A DNA stretch of 64,000 nt from an uncultured Bacteroidales bacterium (GTDB lineage Bacteria > Bacteroidota > Bacteroidia > Bacteroidales > B18-G4): positions 21,194 to 85,193 of the forward strand of contig CAZHFC010000007.1 of the NCBI GenBank assembly GCA_964531985.1, written 5' to 3'. Shown here in pieces: positions 56,349 through 64,000 of the stretch. Every line of letters starts with the position of its first letter. Positions within the stretch are counted from its first letter, which is position 1. A program made the position numbers and the translations under genes. The notes below the pieces were generated by a model that saw only the letters and a list, made by a program, of their open reading frames with translations, searched no databases and was not told the DNA's origin.

Positions 56349-56993
56349 TTATCTGGTATTATGGTCAATATAATTGCGGTGCGCTTTTTTCAAATAACGA
56401 AGCGCCTCTGTTTCATCGTTTACTGATAGGATATTAATTTTACCGGGCCCTTTGTAGTTTGAGAGCCAAATCCTGATAATTTCAATAATGCCGGGATACT
56501 TATTCTTTAACATTTCATATGAGTTTATATCAAGCCCCGCTTCATCAGTATTCACAGCCAAAAGCTTGGGGTCTGATTCCTCGTTATCGAGCAGATGGAT
56601 TATTCCGACAATCCTGGCGGTAATAATTCTTTCACGGGCAATGGCTGAACCCAGGACAAGAACATCCACCGGATCGCCGTCGCCACCGGTGGTTTCTGGT
56701 AACAATGTCTGTGGCACAAAACCATAATTGGCCGGATACGCCAGATAATCAATTACGCGGAACGACCCTGGGGTAAGCTGCTCCCATTCCAGGCGGCCAC
56801 TTTCTTTGTTCAGTTCCCATTTTTCGCTCGTACCTGCAGGGATTTCAATAACGACATTCACCAGTGAGTCAGATGCGAATGCAGCAATGTCGCGCAGGTA
56901 GTCAGTTGTTTTAACAGCTGTATTTTCAACCCTGTCATGATTGCTGCAGGCAAAGAGTATGACGAGTGCAAATCCTGTTAATAGTGTTTTCAT
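56349..56993 (-). CDS. ppa: Family I inorganic pyrophosphatase with a lipoprotein signal peptide
   Basis: VVIEIPAGTSEKWELNKESG and GGDGDPVDVLVLG (DxDPxD) PPase signatures. The ATG at 56993 gives MKTLLTGFALVILFACSNHD (lipobox). The longer track ORF adds an Arg/Pro-rich non-protein-like extension. Confidence 0.8.
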   Translation of the reverse strand: MKTLLTGFALVILFACSNHDRVENTAVKTTDYLRDIAAFASDSLVNVVIEIPAGTSEKWELNKESGRLEWEQLTPGSFRVIDYLAYPANYGFVPQTLLPETTGGDGDPVDVLVLGSAIARERIITARIVGIIHLLDNEESDPKLLAVNTDEAGLDINSYEMLKNKYPGIIEIIRIWLSNYKGPGKINILSVNDETEALRYLKKAHRNYIDHNTR

Positions 56994-57153
56994 TTTATGT
57001 GATATGAAGGGATGGTGTTGTACGTGATTACGAGGCGATTTCCTGTCAGTTTGGCTGCCGGCAGATTTGTTGACCCTCCGGTTACCGGCGAACAGACCGG
57101 GGGGGCGGCAAAGATAAACCCGCATGCATTTAAGCTTGTTTTATGTGGCGTTT

Positions 57154-58218
57154 TTACTTTTCATATTCATTTAATTTTTCCATCAGATTATATTTAGCCT
57201 GTCTCGTTTTCCACCTTTCCCGTGCAAATTTCTGCATATCTGTTATTGTATCTTTTTCGTCAACGATTTCAAGTCCCAGCAGCGTTTCAATGATATCCTC
57301 CATTGTTACGATCCCGTCTACTCCTCCGTATTCGTCAACGATCAGTGCTATATGCTCCTTTTTTTCCAGCAGCTTTTCCCATAAAGAGAACAATACCATC
57401 GTTTCGGGAACAACGATGATCTCGCGTTTTATTTCCTTTAGTTTCAGTTTTTGGTTGTTTTCAGCTAATTTTTCAAATACCTGCTGCCTGAAGACGTATC
57501 CGGTAATGTTTTCATTGTTCCCCGAGTATACAGGTATTCTTGAAAATTTCAGGTATTCCTTGTTTTTCAGAAAGTCTTCCAGGGGCAGATTCTCATCAGC
57601 AACTGCAACAACAACTCTTGGCGTCATTATCTCGGTTACTTTAACATTTTTCAGTCGTAGTATATTTTGAATTATTTTGTTTTCCTTCTCCGAGAACAAA
57701 CCTTCATCCGACCCGATGCTTGCCAAAGCTGCAATCTCTTCTCTGCTGGTAGTTTGTTCGTTTGTTCGTTTCGAAAAAACCCGTGTAATCACAGACGACA
57801 TCACAACCAAAGGATAGGTGAAAAAGATCATAAATTTGATTGTAAAAAACGAGGTCCTTGTTAAGCTTTTCCAATATCTGGCCCCAATCGTTTTCGGAAT
57901 TATTTCAGTAAATACTAAAATCAGAATTGTAAGTATGGCAGAGACTATCCCGAAATATACTTCGCCAAACACCTTTACAGCCTGGGCTCCAACACCGGCA
58001 GCTCCAATCGTATGAGCAACGGTGTTTAAAGATAATATTGCAGATAAAGGTTTATCTATATTGATTTTTAAATTTAAAAATGACTCTGCCCATTTATGCC
58101 CCTTGTTTTGCTTTACAATCAGAAATGACTGAGGGGTGGAAAGAAGCACGGATTCCATTATTGAACAAAGAAATGAAACGAATAGGGCAAGGAATAAATA
58201 TGCAATCAGGGTTACCAT
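57154..58218 (-). CDS. CNNM/DUF21 transmembrane domain plus CBS-pair protein (CorB/hemolysin-family divalent-cation transport protein)
   Basis: N-terminal DUF21-type helices (MVTLIAYLFLALFVSFLCSIMESVLLS). CBS-pair region (VTEIMTPRVVVAV...IALIVDEYGGVDGIVTMEDIIE). No CorC_HlyC C-terminal domain is evident. Confidence 0.8.
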   Translation of the reverse strand: MVTLIAYLFLALFVSFLCSIMESVLLSTPQSFLIVKQNKGHKWAESFLNLKINIDKPLSAILSLNTVAHTIGAAGVGAQAVKVFGEVYFGIVSAILTILILVFTEIIPKTIGARYWKSLTRTSFFTIKFMIFFTYPLVVMSSVITRVFSKRTNEQTTSREEIAALASIGSDEGLFSEKENKIIQNILRLKNVKVTEIMTPRVVVAVADENLPLEDFLKNKEYLKFSRIPVYSGNNENITGYVFRQQVFEKLAENNQKLKLKEIKREIIVVPETMVLFSLWEKLLEKKEHIALIVDEYGGVDGIVTMEDIIETLLGLEIVDEKDTITDMQKFARERWKTRQAKYNLMEKLNEYEK

Positions 58219-58964
58219 TTTTCTTTCAAATATACAATTTTGTTTATTGTTTTGTTTATTTCGTGCAGTTTTTGGGGTAGTGTTACATTCGGTTTGTTTG
58301 CGGGGAGTCTTGCCCGTTGAGCGAAGCGAAGAAGAAACCTGCTGTATTCGTGGCCTGTAAGTTTACCCCGGGAAGAGCCGAAGGGCAGAGTGGTTTACCT
58401 TCATTCCATTCCGGTGGATAAATGTGAGAGGCGCACTCCGGGCGGTTTTTACTGACGAAGCCGCTTACCCGATCATAAGGGCGTAGGCCCGGGTGCTGCG
58501 GTCCAGGTATTGGCGCAGAATTTGACATCGGCTCAAAATGGGCAAAATGCCGTGTCAGCCCACGCACAAATGCCAATAAACAACCCCCGGTCATCCCGAC
58601 CCCGGGTAACCGGGGGAGGGAGCCCCCGGTCGTTCGGATTTAAACCATCAGATTCCACCCGCCGGCCTTCCTTCGGTTCGGATTCATTGCCGGCTTATGC
58701 TGATCCCCTATTCTGTTAATACCAAAAGGCGTGAAAAGCCGCCCCCGCCATGATGTTTTTCCGGTCCTTTCAGTTTGCCCGGCACGGCGGAAACATAAAC
58801 CCCTGTTCAGGTTACTTCTGTTGCATTCACCATCAAACATCCCCTGTATCTGGTAATCCGGCCATGGCTCCCACCTGCACCGATGCTGTGTTTCCGGCGC
58901 CGGAGGCGATAATTTAGACCTCATATAAATTATGGCCATCGCAAAGGGGGCACAAATCATTTGC

Positions 58965-58972
58965 TAAATTTG
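58965..58972 (+). promoter_or_regulatory. Candidate -7 promoter box (TAAATTTG) for the NuoE/NuoF-like operon
   Basis: Exact TAnnTTTG, 23 nt upstream of the ATG at 58996. Confidence 0.35.
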
Positions 58973-58995
58973 TCATCGCCTAAAACCATTGTAAT

Positions 58996-59514
58996 ATGCG
59001 GATTCAAAGAATTGAGGTAAAACACGAAACAACAGCGCAGGAAGCCGTTGATATCGAACTGCTCAACCCGCTGATCGGGAAATATAAAAACCGCAAGGGA
59101 AACCTTATCCCCCTGCTGCAGGGTACACAGGATATCTACGGTTTTATCCCGCGGGTGGCATTCGAAAAGATCGCCGCCGAAACAGGCTTGTCGCTCAGCA
59201 ATATGTATGGCGTAGCCACTTTCTATGCGCAGTTCCGGCTCAGCCCGGTGGGCCGTCATATCATCAAGGTGTGCCACGGTACCGCCTGCCATGTGCAGAA
59301 TGCCAAGTCGATCACCACGGCTCTCAGGGAATCGCTCAAGGTGGAAGACGGGGGCACCACCGACGACGGCCTCTTCACGCTCGAATCGGTTGCATGCCTC
59401 GGCTGTTGCTCGCTGGCACCGGTCATGATGATCGGCGACGAAACCTATGGCAAGCTCACGGGTGCCCAGGCCATCAGGATCGTGAAGAACATCCGCATCG
59501 CAGAAAACAATTGA
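58996..59514 (+). CDS. NuoE/HndA-like thioredoxin-fold [2Fe-2S] subunit of an NAD(P)H-linked oxidoreductase
   Basis: VATFYAQFRLSPVGRHIIKVCHGTACH and CLGCCSLAPVMMI cysteine motifs of the NuoE family. Confidence 0.85.
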   Translation: MRIQRIEVKHETTAQEAVDIELLNPLIGKYKNRKGNLIPLLQGTQDIYGFIPRVAFEKIAAETGLSLSNMYGVATFYAQFRLSPVGRHIIKVCHGTACHVQNAKSITTALRESLKVEDGGTTDDGLFTLESVACLGCCSLAPVMMIGDETYGKLTGAQAIRIVKNIRIAENN

Positions 59515-59542
59515 TCATCGAACCACCCTTTGAATTGAAAAT

Positions 59543-61318
59543 ATGGAAACAAAAGTTATTGTAGGACTGGGAAGTTGCGGCATCGCCGCCGGCGCCGGGA
59601 AAGTCTATGAGAAGATCAGGGCCGTAAAAAATGCGGAAAACCTCAGCTTCGAACTCAAAAAGACATCCTGCGTGGGCATGTGCTACCGCGAACCCCTCGT
59701 TGAGATCATCGACGAAAGCGGAAAGTATCTCTACGGCGACATCGACGAGGAAAAGATACTGGAAGTGCTCGAAAAACATATCAACCAGCATAACCCGGTT
59801 AAGGAATATATCGTACAGTCGGATCTTTTCGAAACAACCGACAATGAGTTTACCGAAAACCAGGTAAAGATCGCCCTGCGCAACTGCGGACATATCGATC
59901 CCGAAAATATTGACGAGTACGAAGCCGGCAAAGGTTACGAGGCCCTGCGCATGATCGCCGCTAAGGGCATCTCACGGGAGGAGATCATCCAAACGGTCAT
60001 CGATTCCGGCCTCAGGGGCAGGGGCGGCGGCGGATTTCCCACCGGCCTGAAGTGGAAGTTTGCCAATAACAACAAGTCTGACGAAAAATACATCATTTGT
60101 AATGCCGACGAAGGTGACCCCGGCGCTTTCATGGACCGCTCGGTGCTCGAAGGCGACCCCCATTCGGTGCTTGAAGGGATGATCATCGGCGCCTATGCCA
60201 TTGAAGCCTGCCAGGGCGTGATCTATTGCAGGGCCGAATACCCGCTGGCCATCAAACGCCTGCAGATCGCCATCGAACAGGCCCGTGCCAAAGGATACCT
60301 TGGCAAAGAAATACTCGGGATACCGGGTTTTGATTTCGACATCTACATCAAGGAAGGAGCCGGCGCCTTTGTATGCGGAGAAGAGACAGCCCTGATCGCC
60401 TCGGTGGAAGGACAAAGGGGCATGCCGCGCAAACGCCCGCCATTTCCCGCTGCCTCCGGCCTGTGGAAAAAACCCACAAATATCAACAATGTTGAAACTT
60501 TTGCCAATATCCCCTGGATCGTGATGAACGGGGCCGCAGCCTACGCAAAATACGGTACCGAAAAAAGCAAAGGCACCAAGGTGTTCGCACTGGCCGGCAA
60601 GATCCGGCGCTCGGGACTGGTAGAGGTGCCCATGGGCATCAGCATCAGGGATGTGATCTTTAAACTGGGAGGAGGCATAAAGGACGACAAGGAATTCAAG
60701 GCGGTGCAGATGGGAGGCCCCTCTGGCGGATGCATCCCCGCCTACCTCTCCGATACCATCGTCGACTATGACTCGGTGAACGCCACGGGAGCCATTATGG
60801 GCTCGGGCGGTATGGTGGTGATGGACGAAACAACCTGCATGATCGATGTGGCAAAGTTCTTCCTCGACTTTACACAGAAGGAATCATGCGGAAAATGTAC
60901 CTTCTGCCGCATCGGCACCAAAAGGATGCTCGAGATCCTTACCCGCATCACCGAAGGAAAAGGCGAAGAAGCGGACATTGAAAGGCTTGAGGAACTGGCA
61001 TACCAGATCAAGGATAACTCGCTGTGCGGGCTCGGACAAACAGCCCCCAACCCGGTTCTTACCACCATCAAGTATTTCAGGGATGAATACGAAGCCCATA
61101 TCCGCGACAAGAAATGCCCTGCCAAGGTGTGCGTGAACCTGCTTACCTACGAGGTGGACGAGGAAAAATGTACGGGTTGTACGGTCTGTGCAAAAAACTG
61201 TCCCGTTGATGCCATCAGCGGCGAACGGAAGGAAATACACCACATAAACCAGGAAGTCTGTATCAAATGCGGGGTTTGCTTTACCAAATGCAAATTCGAA
61301 GCCATTAAATTATCTTAA
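59543..61318 (+). CDS. NuoF/HndC/HydB-like flavoprotein subunit (N-terminal 2Fe-2S domain, FMN/NADH site, 4Fe-4S, C-terminal 2x[4Fe-4S] ferredoxin)
   Basis: GLRGRGGGGFPTGLKWKF (FMN site), ESCGKCTFCRIG (N3 cluster), CTGCTVCAKNCP and CIKCGVCFTKC ferredoxin motifs. Confidence 0.85.
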   Translation: METKVIVGLGSCGIAAGAGKVYEKIRAVKNAENLSFELKKTSCVGMCYREPLVEIIDESGKYLYGDIDEEKILEVLEKHINQHNPVKEYIVQSDLFETTDNEFTENQVKIALRNCGHIDPENIDEYEAGKGYEALRMIAAKGISREEIIQTVIDSGLRGRGGGGFPTGLKWKFANNNKSDEKYIICNADEGDPGAFMDRSVLEGDPHSVLEGMIIGAYAIEACQGVIYCRAEYPLAIKRLQIAIEQARAKGYLGKEILGIPGFDFDIYIKEGAGAFVCGEETALIASVEGQRGMPRKRPPFPAASGLWKKPTNINNVETFANIPWIVMNGAAAYAKYGTEKSKGTKVFALAGKIRRSGLVEVPMGISIRDVIFKLGGGIKDDKEFKAVQMGGPSGGCIPAYLSDTIVDYDSVNATGAIMGSGGMVVMDETTCMIDVAKFFLDFTQKESCGKCTFCRIGTKRMLEILTRITEGKGEEADIERLEELAYQIKDNSLCGLGQTAPNPVLTTIKYFRDEYEAHIRDKKCPAKVCVNLLTYEVDEEKCTGCTVCAKNCPVDAISGERKEIHHINQEVCIKCGVCFTKCKFEAIKLS

Positions 61319-61338
61319 TCATAATCAAAAGACCTTTC

Positions 61339-64000
61339 ATGATGAGTGAAAAGCTGAATGTGATCCTGAATGGGAATATCGTTTCCGGAAATAGCGGGGA
61401 ATCCATCCTGCAACTGGCACAGCGGCACGGGATACAGATCCCCACCCTGTGCAACGATCCGCGCCTTGAACCCTACAGTTCGTGCTACGTTTGCGTAGTG
61501 GAAGTGGAAGGGCTGCGTGGATTGCAGCCTTCCTGTTCCACCAGGATCACGGAGGGTATGCGCATAAAAACCGACAACGACAAGATCGCAAAAGCCAGGA
61601 AAACGGCCCTGGAGCTGATCCTTGGCAACCACTATGCCGACTGTACCGGCCCCTGCAAACAGACGTGTCCTGCCGGCGTGGATGTACAGGGCTATATTTC
61701 CCACATTGAGAAAAGGCAATACCATGAGGCCGTTGCGCTGATCAAGGAAACAAACCCCCTGCCGGCCATCTGCGGCCGCGTATGTGTGCGCCCCTGCGAG
61801 GTAGCCTGCCGGCGAAACCTGCTCGACGAAGGCGCCCCGGTGGGCATCGACTATCTGAAAAGGTTTGCCAGCGATATCGATCTGGCTTCGGCCAATAAAT
61901 ACAGACCTGCCGTTAAGCCCGAAACCGGAAAAAAGGTGGCCGTGATCGGGGCGGGACCCGGAGGCCTCTCGGCAGCCTTCTTCATGCGAAAGGAAGGACA
62001 TGCCGTCGACATCTACGAAGCCGCCCCCAAAGCCGGTGGCTGGCTCAGATACGGGATCCCCGAATACCGCCTGCCCAACGACATCCTGCAGAAAGAGGTG
62101 GATAACATCTCCGAAATGGGCGTGCGGATATTCTATAATAAACGGCTCGGCGAAGAGATCAGCTTTGCCGGTATCAAGGATGCCTACGATGCAGTGATCC
62201 TGGCAATAGGTTCGCAGAAAGGTACCGGCATCGGCTGCGAAGGCGATGATGCCATCAATGTGTTCTCGGGCATCGACTTCCTCAAAGAGATGGAGATGAC
62301 AGGAAAAAAATACGATTTCTCGGGAAAAACGGTGGCCGTGGTCGGAGGCGGAAATACAGCCATGGACTGCTGCCGCACATCCATGCGCTGCGGCGCCGAA
62401 AAGGTGTATGTGATCTACCGGCGTACCGAAAAGGAGATGCCGGCCAACCCCATCGAAATACATGAATCGAAACTCGAAGGCATCGAATACCTCTTCCTCA
62501 CCAACCCGGTGAAGATCAGCAAGGATGATGAAGGAAAGGTGAAGTCGGTCACCTGCCTGAAGATGGAACTGGGCGAGCCGGATGCTTCCGGAAGGCGGCG
62601 CCCGGTGCCCGTGGCGGGATCGGAATTCGACATCGAGGTTGACTATATGCTGGCAGCCATCGGCCAGAAGACCGATGTGCATTTCCTCGATGATGTAAAT
62701 AAGTTTTCCATTAACGGAGAGCTGAAGGTGAACCGCTGGGGCGACATCGACGCGGACCCGGCCACGCTGCAAACCGGCATCGGAAACGTTTTTGCCGCCG
62801 GCGACGGGGTTACGGGCCCGGCAACGCTCATACAGGCCATCGCACAGGCAAAAGTGGCCGCGCATAGCTGTGATCAATTCCTCCGCGGTGAAGAAGTGAA
62901 ACCCCTGCCCGAAGAGTTCCTCAGTAAAAAAGACAACTTCAGGGAACAGGAACCCGCCGCCTATAAAGGACGCTACGCCGGACAGCAGCGGGAAGAAATG
63001 CCAACCCTCGACCCAGCCGACAGAAAGAATTTCAGGGAGGTGGAACTGGGATACGCCGGTGAGGAAGTGGCCCTGCATGAGTCGCAGCGCTGCATGGAAT
63101 GCGGATGTACGGCCCTCTATACCTGCGACCTGAAAAAATATGCCACTGAATACCAGGCACGCCAGGATGGTTTCCCGGGCAGCTTCAATGAATACGAGGT
63201 CGATTTCAGGCACCCCTATGTTGAGATCGACAACAACAAGTGTGTGCTCTGTTCCCGTTGTGTCAGGATATGCTCCGAGCTGGTGGGCGCCAACGCCCTC
63301 GGGCTCGTCAACCGCGGGTTCGACACCTATGTGGCCCCCAGCATGGGGAATTCCCTGCAGCAAACCTATTGCGAGAGCTGCGGCATGTGTATCTCGACAT
63401 GCCCCACCGGCGCGCTCACCGAAAATGTTCCCTTCAAGCCGGGACCCGTCAAACTCGAAAAGGTCCATACCATCTGCAATTATTGTTCTATCGGCTGTGA
63501 AACGGTACTGGGCCACAACAGGCAATTCTTTATGGAGGCGGAAGGAAGCATGGGCGGAGATAAACCCGGAAACCTTTGTAAATACGGTAAATTCGGGTAC
63601 CGATACCTGAATGGCCCCGGCCGGATCACCAAACCCATGCGCAGGCTGAACGGGAAATTTGAGGAGATCGGCCTTGAAGAGGCCCTCGCCACCATCGCCG
63701 GAAAGATCAAAGAGGCCGGTTCGGGCGAAAATGCCTTCTTTGCCGGGGCCCGGATGAGCAATGAGGAGCTTTACCTGCTGCAGAAACTGGCCCGGGCCGG
63801 CGCAGGAACCAACAACGTGGGCAGCTTCCACTACCTGGGAAGAGAAAAGGCCTGTGAGAACAATGTTATCGCCAACGTGCCATTCGAACAACTGAAAGAG
63901 GCCGGGAAAATATACCTCTTAGGCGCCGAACTGAGCCGCGACAACGGCGTGGCGGGATTCATGGTGAACGAGGCAAGGGTGAAAAACAAGGTGCCGGTCG
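61339..64000 (+). CDS. Fusion oxidoreductase, 3' end cut by window edge: NuoG-type [2Fe-2S] domain, GltD/NfnB-like FAD-NAD(P)H module, 4Fe-4S domains and a molybdopterin-oxidoreductase (formate dehydrogenase alpha-like) domain
   Basis: Not in the supplied ORF track because it has no stop in the window. My translation from ATG 61339 in frame 1 reads MMSEKLNVILNG...CNDPRLEPYSSCYVCVVEVEG, CTGPCKQTCPAG, KVAVIGAGPGGLSAAFF, VVGGGNTAMDCCRT, NNKCVLCSRCVRIC, CESCGMCISTCPTGA, HTICNYCSIGCETVL. The frame was still open at every point I checked up to nt 63999. Confidence 0.8.
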   Translation, partial: MMSEKLNVILNGNIVSGNSGESILQLAQRHGIQIPTLCNDPRLEPYSSCYVCVVEVEGLRGLQPSCSTRITEGMRIKTDNDKIAKARKTALELILGNHYADCTGPCKQTCPAGVDVQGYISHIEKRQYHEAVALIKETNPLPAICGRVCVRPCEVACRRNLLDEGAPVGIDYLKRFASDIDLASANKYRPAVKPETGKKVAVIGAGPGGLSAAFFMRKEGHAVDIYEAAPKAGGWLRYGIPEYRLPNDILQKEVDNISEMGVRIFYNKRLGEEISFAGIKDAYDAVILAIGSQKGTGIGCEGDDAINVFSGIDFLKEMEMTGKKYDFSGKTVAVVGGGNTAMDCCRTSMRCGAEKVYVIYRRTEKEMPANPIEIHESKLEGIEYLFLTNPVKISKDDEGKVKSVTCLKMELGEPDASGRRRPVPVAGSEFDIEVDYMLAAIGQKTDVHFLDDVNKFSINGELKVNRWGDIDADPATLQTGIGNVFAAGDGVTGPATLIQAIAQAKVAAHSCDQFLRGEEVKPLPEEFLSKKDNFREQEPAAYKGRYAGQQREEMPTLDPADRKNFREVELGYAGEEVALHESQRCMECGCTALYTCDLKKYATEYQARQDGFPGSFNEYEVDFRHPYVEIDNNKCVLCSRCVRICSELVGANALGLVNRGFDTYVAPSMGNSLQQTYCESCGMCISTCPTGALTENVPFKPGPVKLEKVHTICNYCSIGCETVLGHNRQFFMEAEGSMGGDKPGNLCKYGKFGYRYLNGPGRITKPMRRLNGKFEEIGLEEALATIAGKIKEAGSGENAFFAGARMSNEELYLLQKLARAGAGTNNVGSFHYLGREKACENNVIANVPFEQLKEAGKIYLLGAELSRDNGVAGFMVNEARVKNKVPV

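Noticed and set aside
58728-58755. Cobalamin-riboswitch-like string GGCGTGAAAAGCCGCCCCCGCCATGATG
   Set aside because: It resembles the GGTGAAAATCC...GCCCCCGCCACTG core. However, I find no upstream AGGGAA element and no convincing B12 box downstream (CTGGTAATCCGGCC is only a loose match). The flanking genes are not cobalamin-related, and the only promoter box lies downstream of it. An Infernal scan with the cobalamin model would settle the question.
58283-58960. Track ORFs 58283-58594 (103 aa) and 58640-58960 (106 aa), both minus strand, as genes
   Set aside because: Both are Arg/Pro/Gly/Cys-rich, lack hydrophobic-core periodicity and contain no motif. They are treated as noncoding.
58219-58995. 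RNase P RNA, tmRNA, SRP RNA, Mn (yybP-ykoY) or Mg (M-box) riboswitch in the long noncoding region
   Set aside because: I looked on both strands for GAGGAAAGTCCGG, the tmRNA 3' end (...TCCACCA), the SRP GGAAGGAAGCAGC motif, and paired GGGGAGTAG / GCAAGACC motifs. I found only partial single-motif resemblances (CCGGCTTATG, GCCTTCCTTCGG, GGGGAGTCTTGCCC), not a full set on one strand.
61315-63891. 858-aa minus-strand ORF, the longest entry in the track for this region
   Set aside because: Its translation has no recognisable motif and a skewed Gly/Ala/His/Phe composition. The opposite strand in the same span encodes a continuous protein with textbook 2Fe-2S, GltD, 4Fe-4S and molybdopterin-oxidoreductase motifs. 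This is an antisense shadow ORF.
1-64000. CRISPR arrays, tRNA/rRNA genes, transposases/integrases, toxin-antitoxin or known defence-system genes
   Set aside because: I scanned the intergenic regions and the ORF list. I found no regularly spaced repeats, no cloverleaf-like sequences in gaps, no DDE/tyrosine/serine recombinase motifs and no defence-associated domains. This absence is based on inspection by eye only.

Overview
This window reads as a Bacteroidota chromosome segment. Supporting signs are a gldF-gldG-DUF4340 set, a CarboxypepD_reg-type TonB-dependent receptor, a propeller/Y_Y_Y LytS-type kinase with a LytTR regulator, and TAnnTTTG -7 boxes 20-50 nt upstream of several start codons. 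I call 54 protein-coding genes (two cut by the window edges), 5 candidate -7 promoter boxes, 4 hairpin terminators, one intra-operon hairpin, one CRP/FNR-like palindrome and one 21-nt direct-repeat pair. I saw no rRNA, tRNA, CRISPR array, transposase or integrase. The most unusual content is the left 17 kb (891-16779). It is a divergently organised envelope lipid/glycoconjugate locus combining a fatty-acyl-AMP ligase fused to a carrier domain, three paralogous cobalamin-binding radical SAM enzymes, a stand-alone ACP-KASIII-ketoreductase cassette, two polyprenyl-phosphate-type GT2 enzymes, a PAPS-type sulfotransferase, a Wzx-like flippase, a GNAT and a GT-C-like membrane transferase with a CBM-like tail. 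I cannot match this gene set to any characterised pathway I know, and I propose it as the candidate undescribed system: a radical-SAM-tailored, sulfated, acylated glycolipid or glycan. The remainder is mostly housekeeping (nadD, gmk, yicC, rocD, SOD, rpmB, cinA, purC, phoH, gdhA). Secondary oddities are listed here.
- An 1152-aa receiver-PPDK_N (ATP-grasp) protein with no recognisable phosphohistidine domain.
- A low-GC ECF sigma module bracketed by 21-nt direct repeats built from GATTGNNC octamers.
- A 777-nt GC-rich noncoding region with competing C-run/G-run stems.
- A NuoE/NuoF-like operon whose third gene fuses 2Fe-2S, GltD-like and molybdopterin-oxidoreductase modules. That gene is missing from the supplied ORF track, which shows only its 858-aa antisense shadow ORF.
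All functional calls rest on motif recognition by eye. No database search was run.
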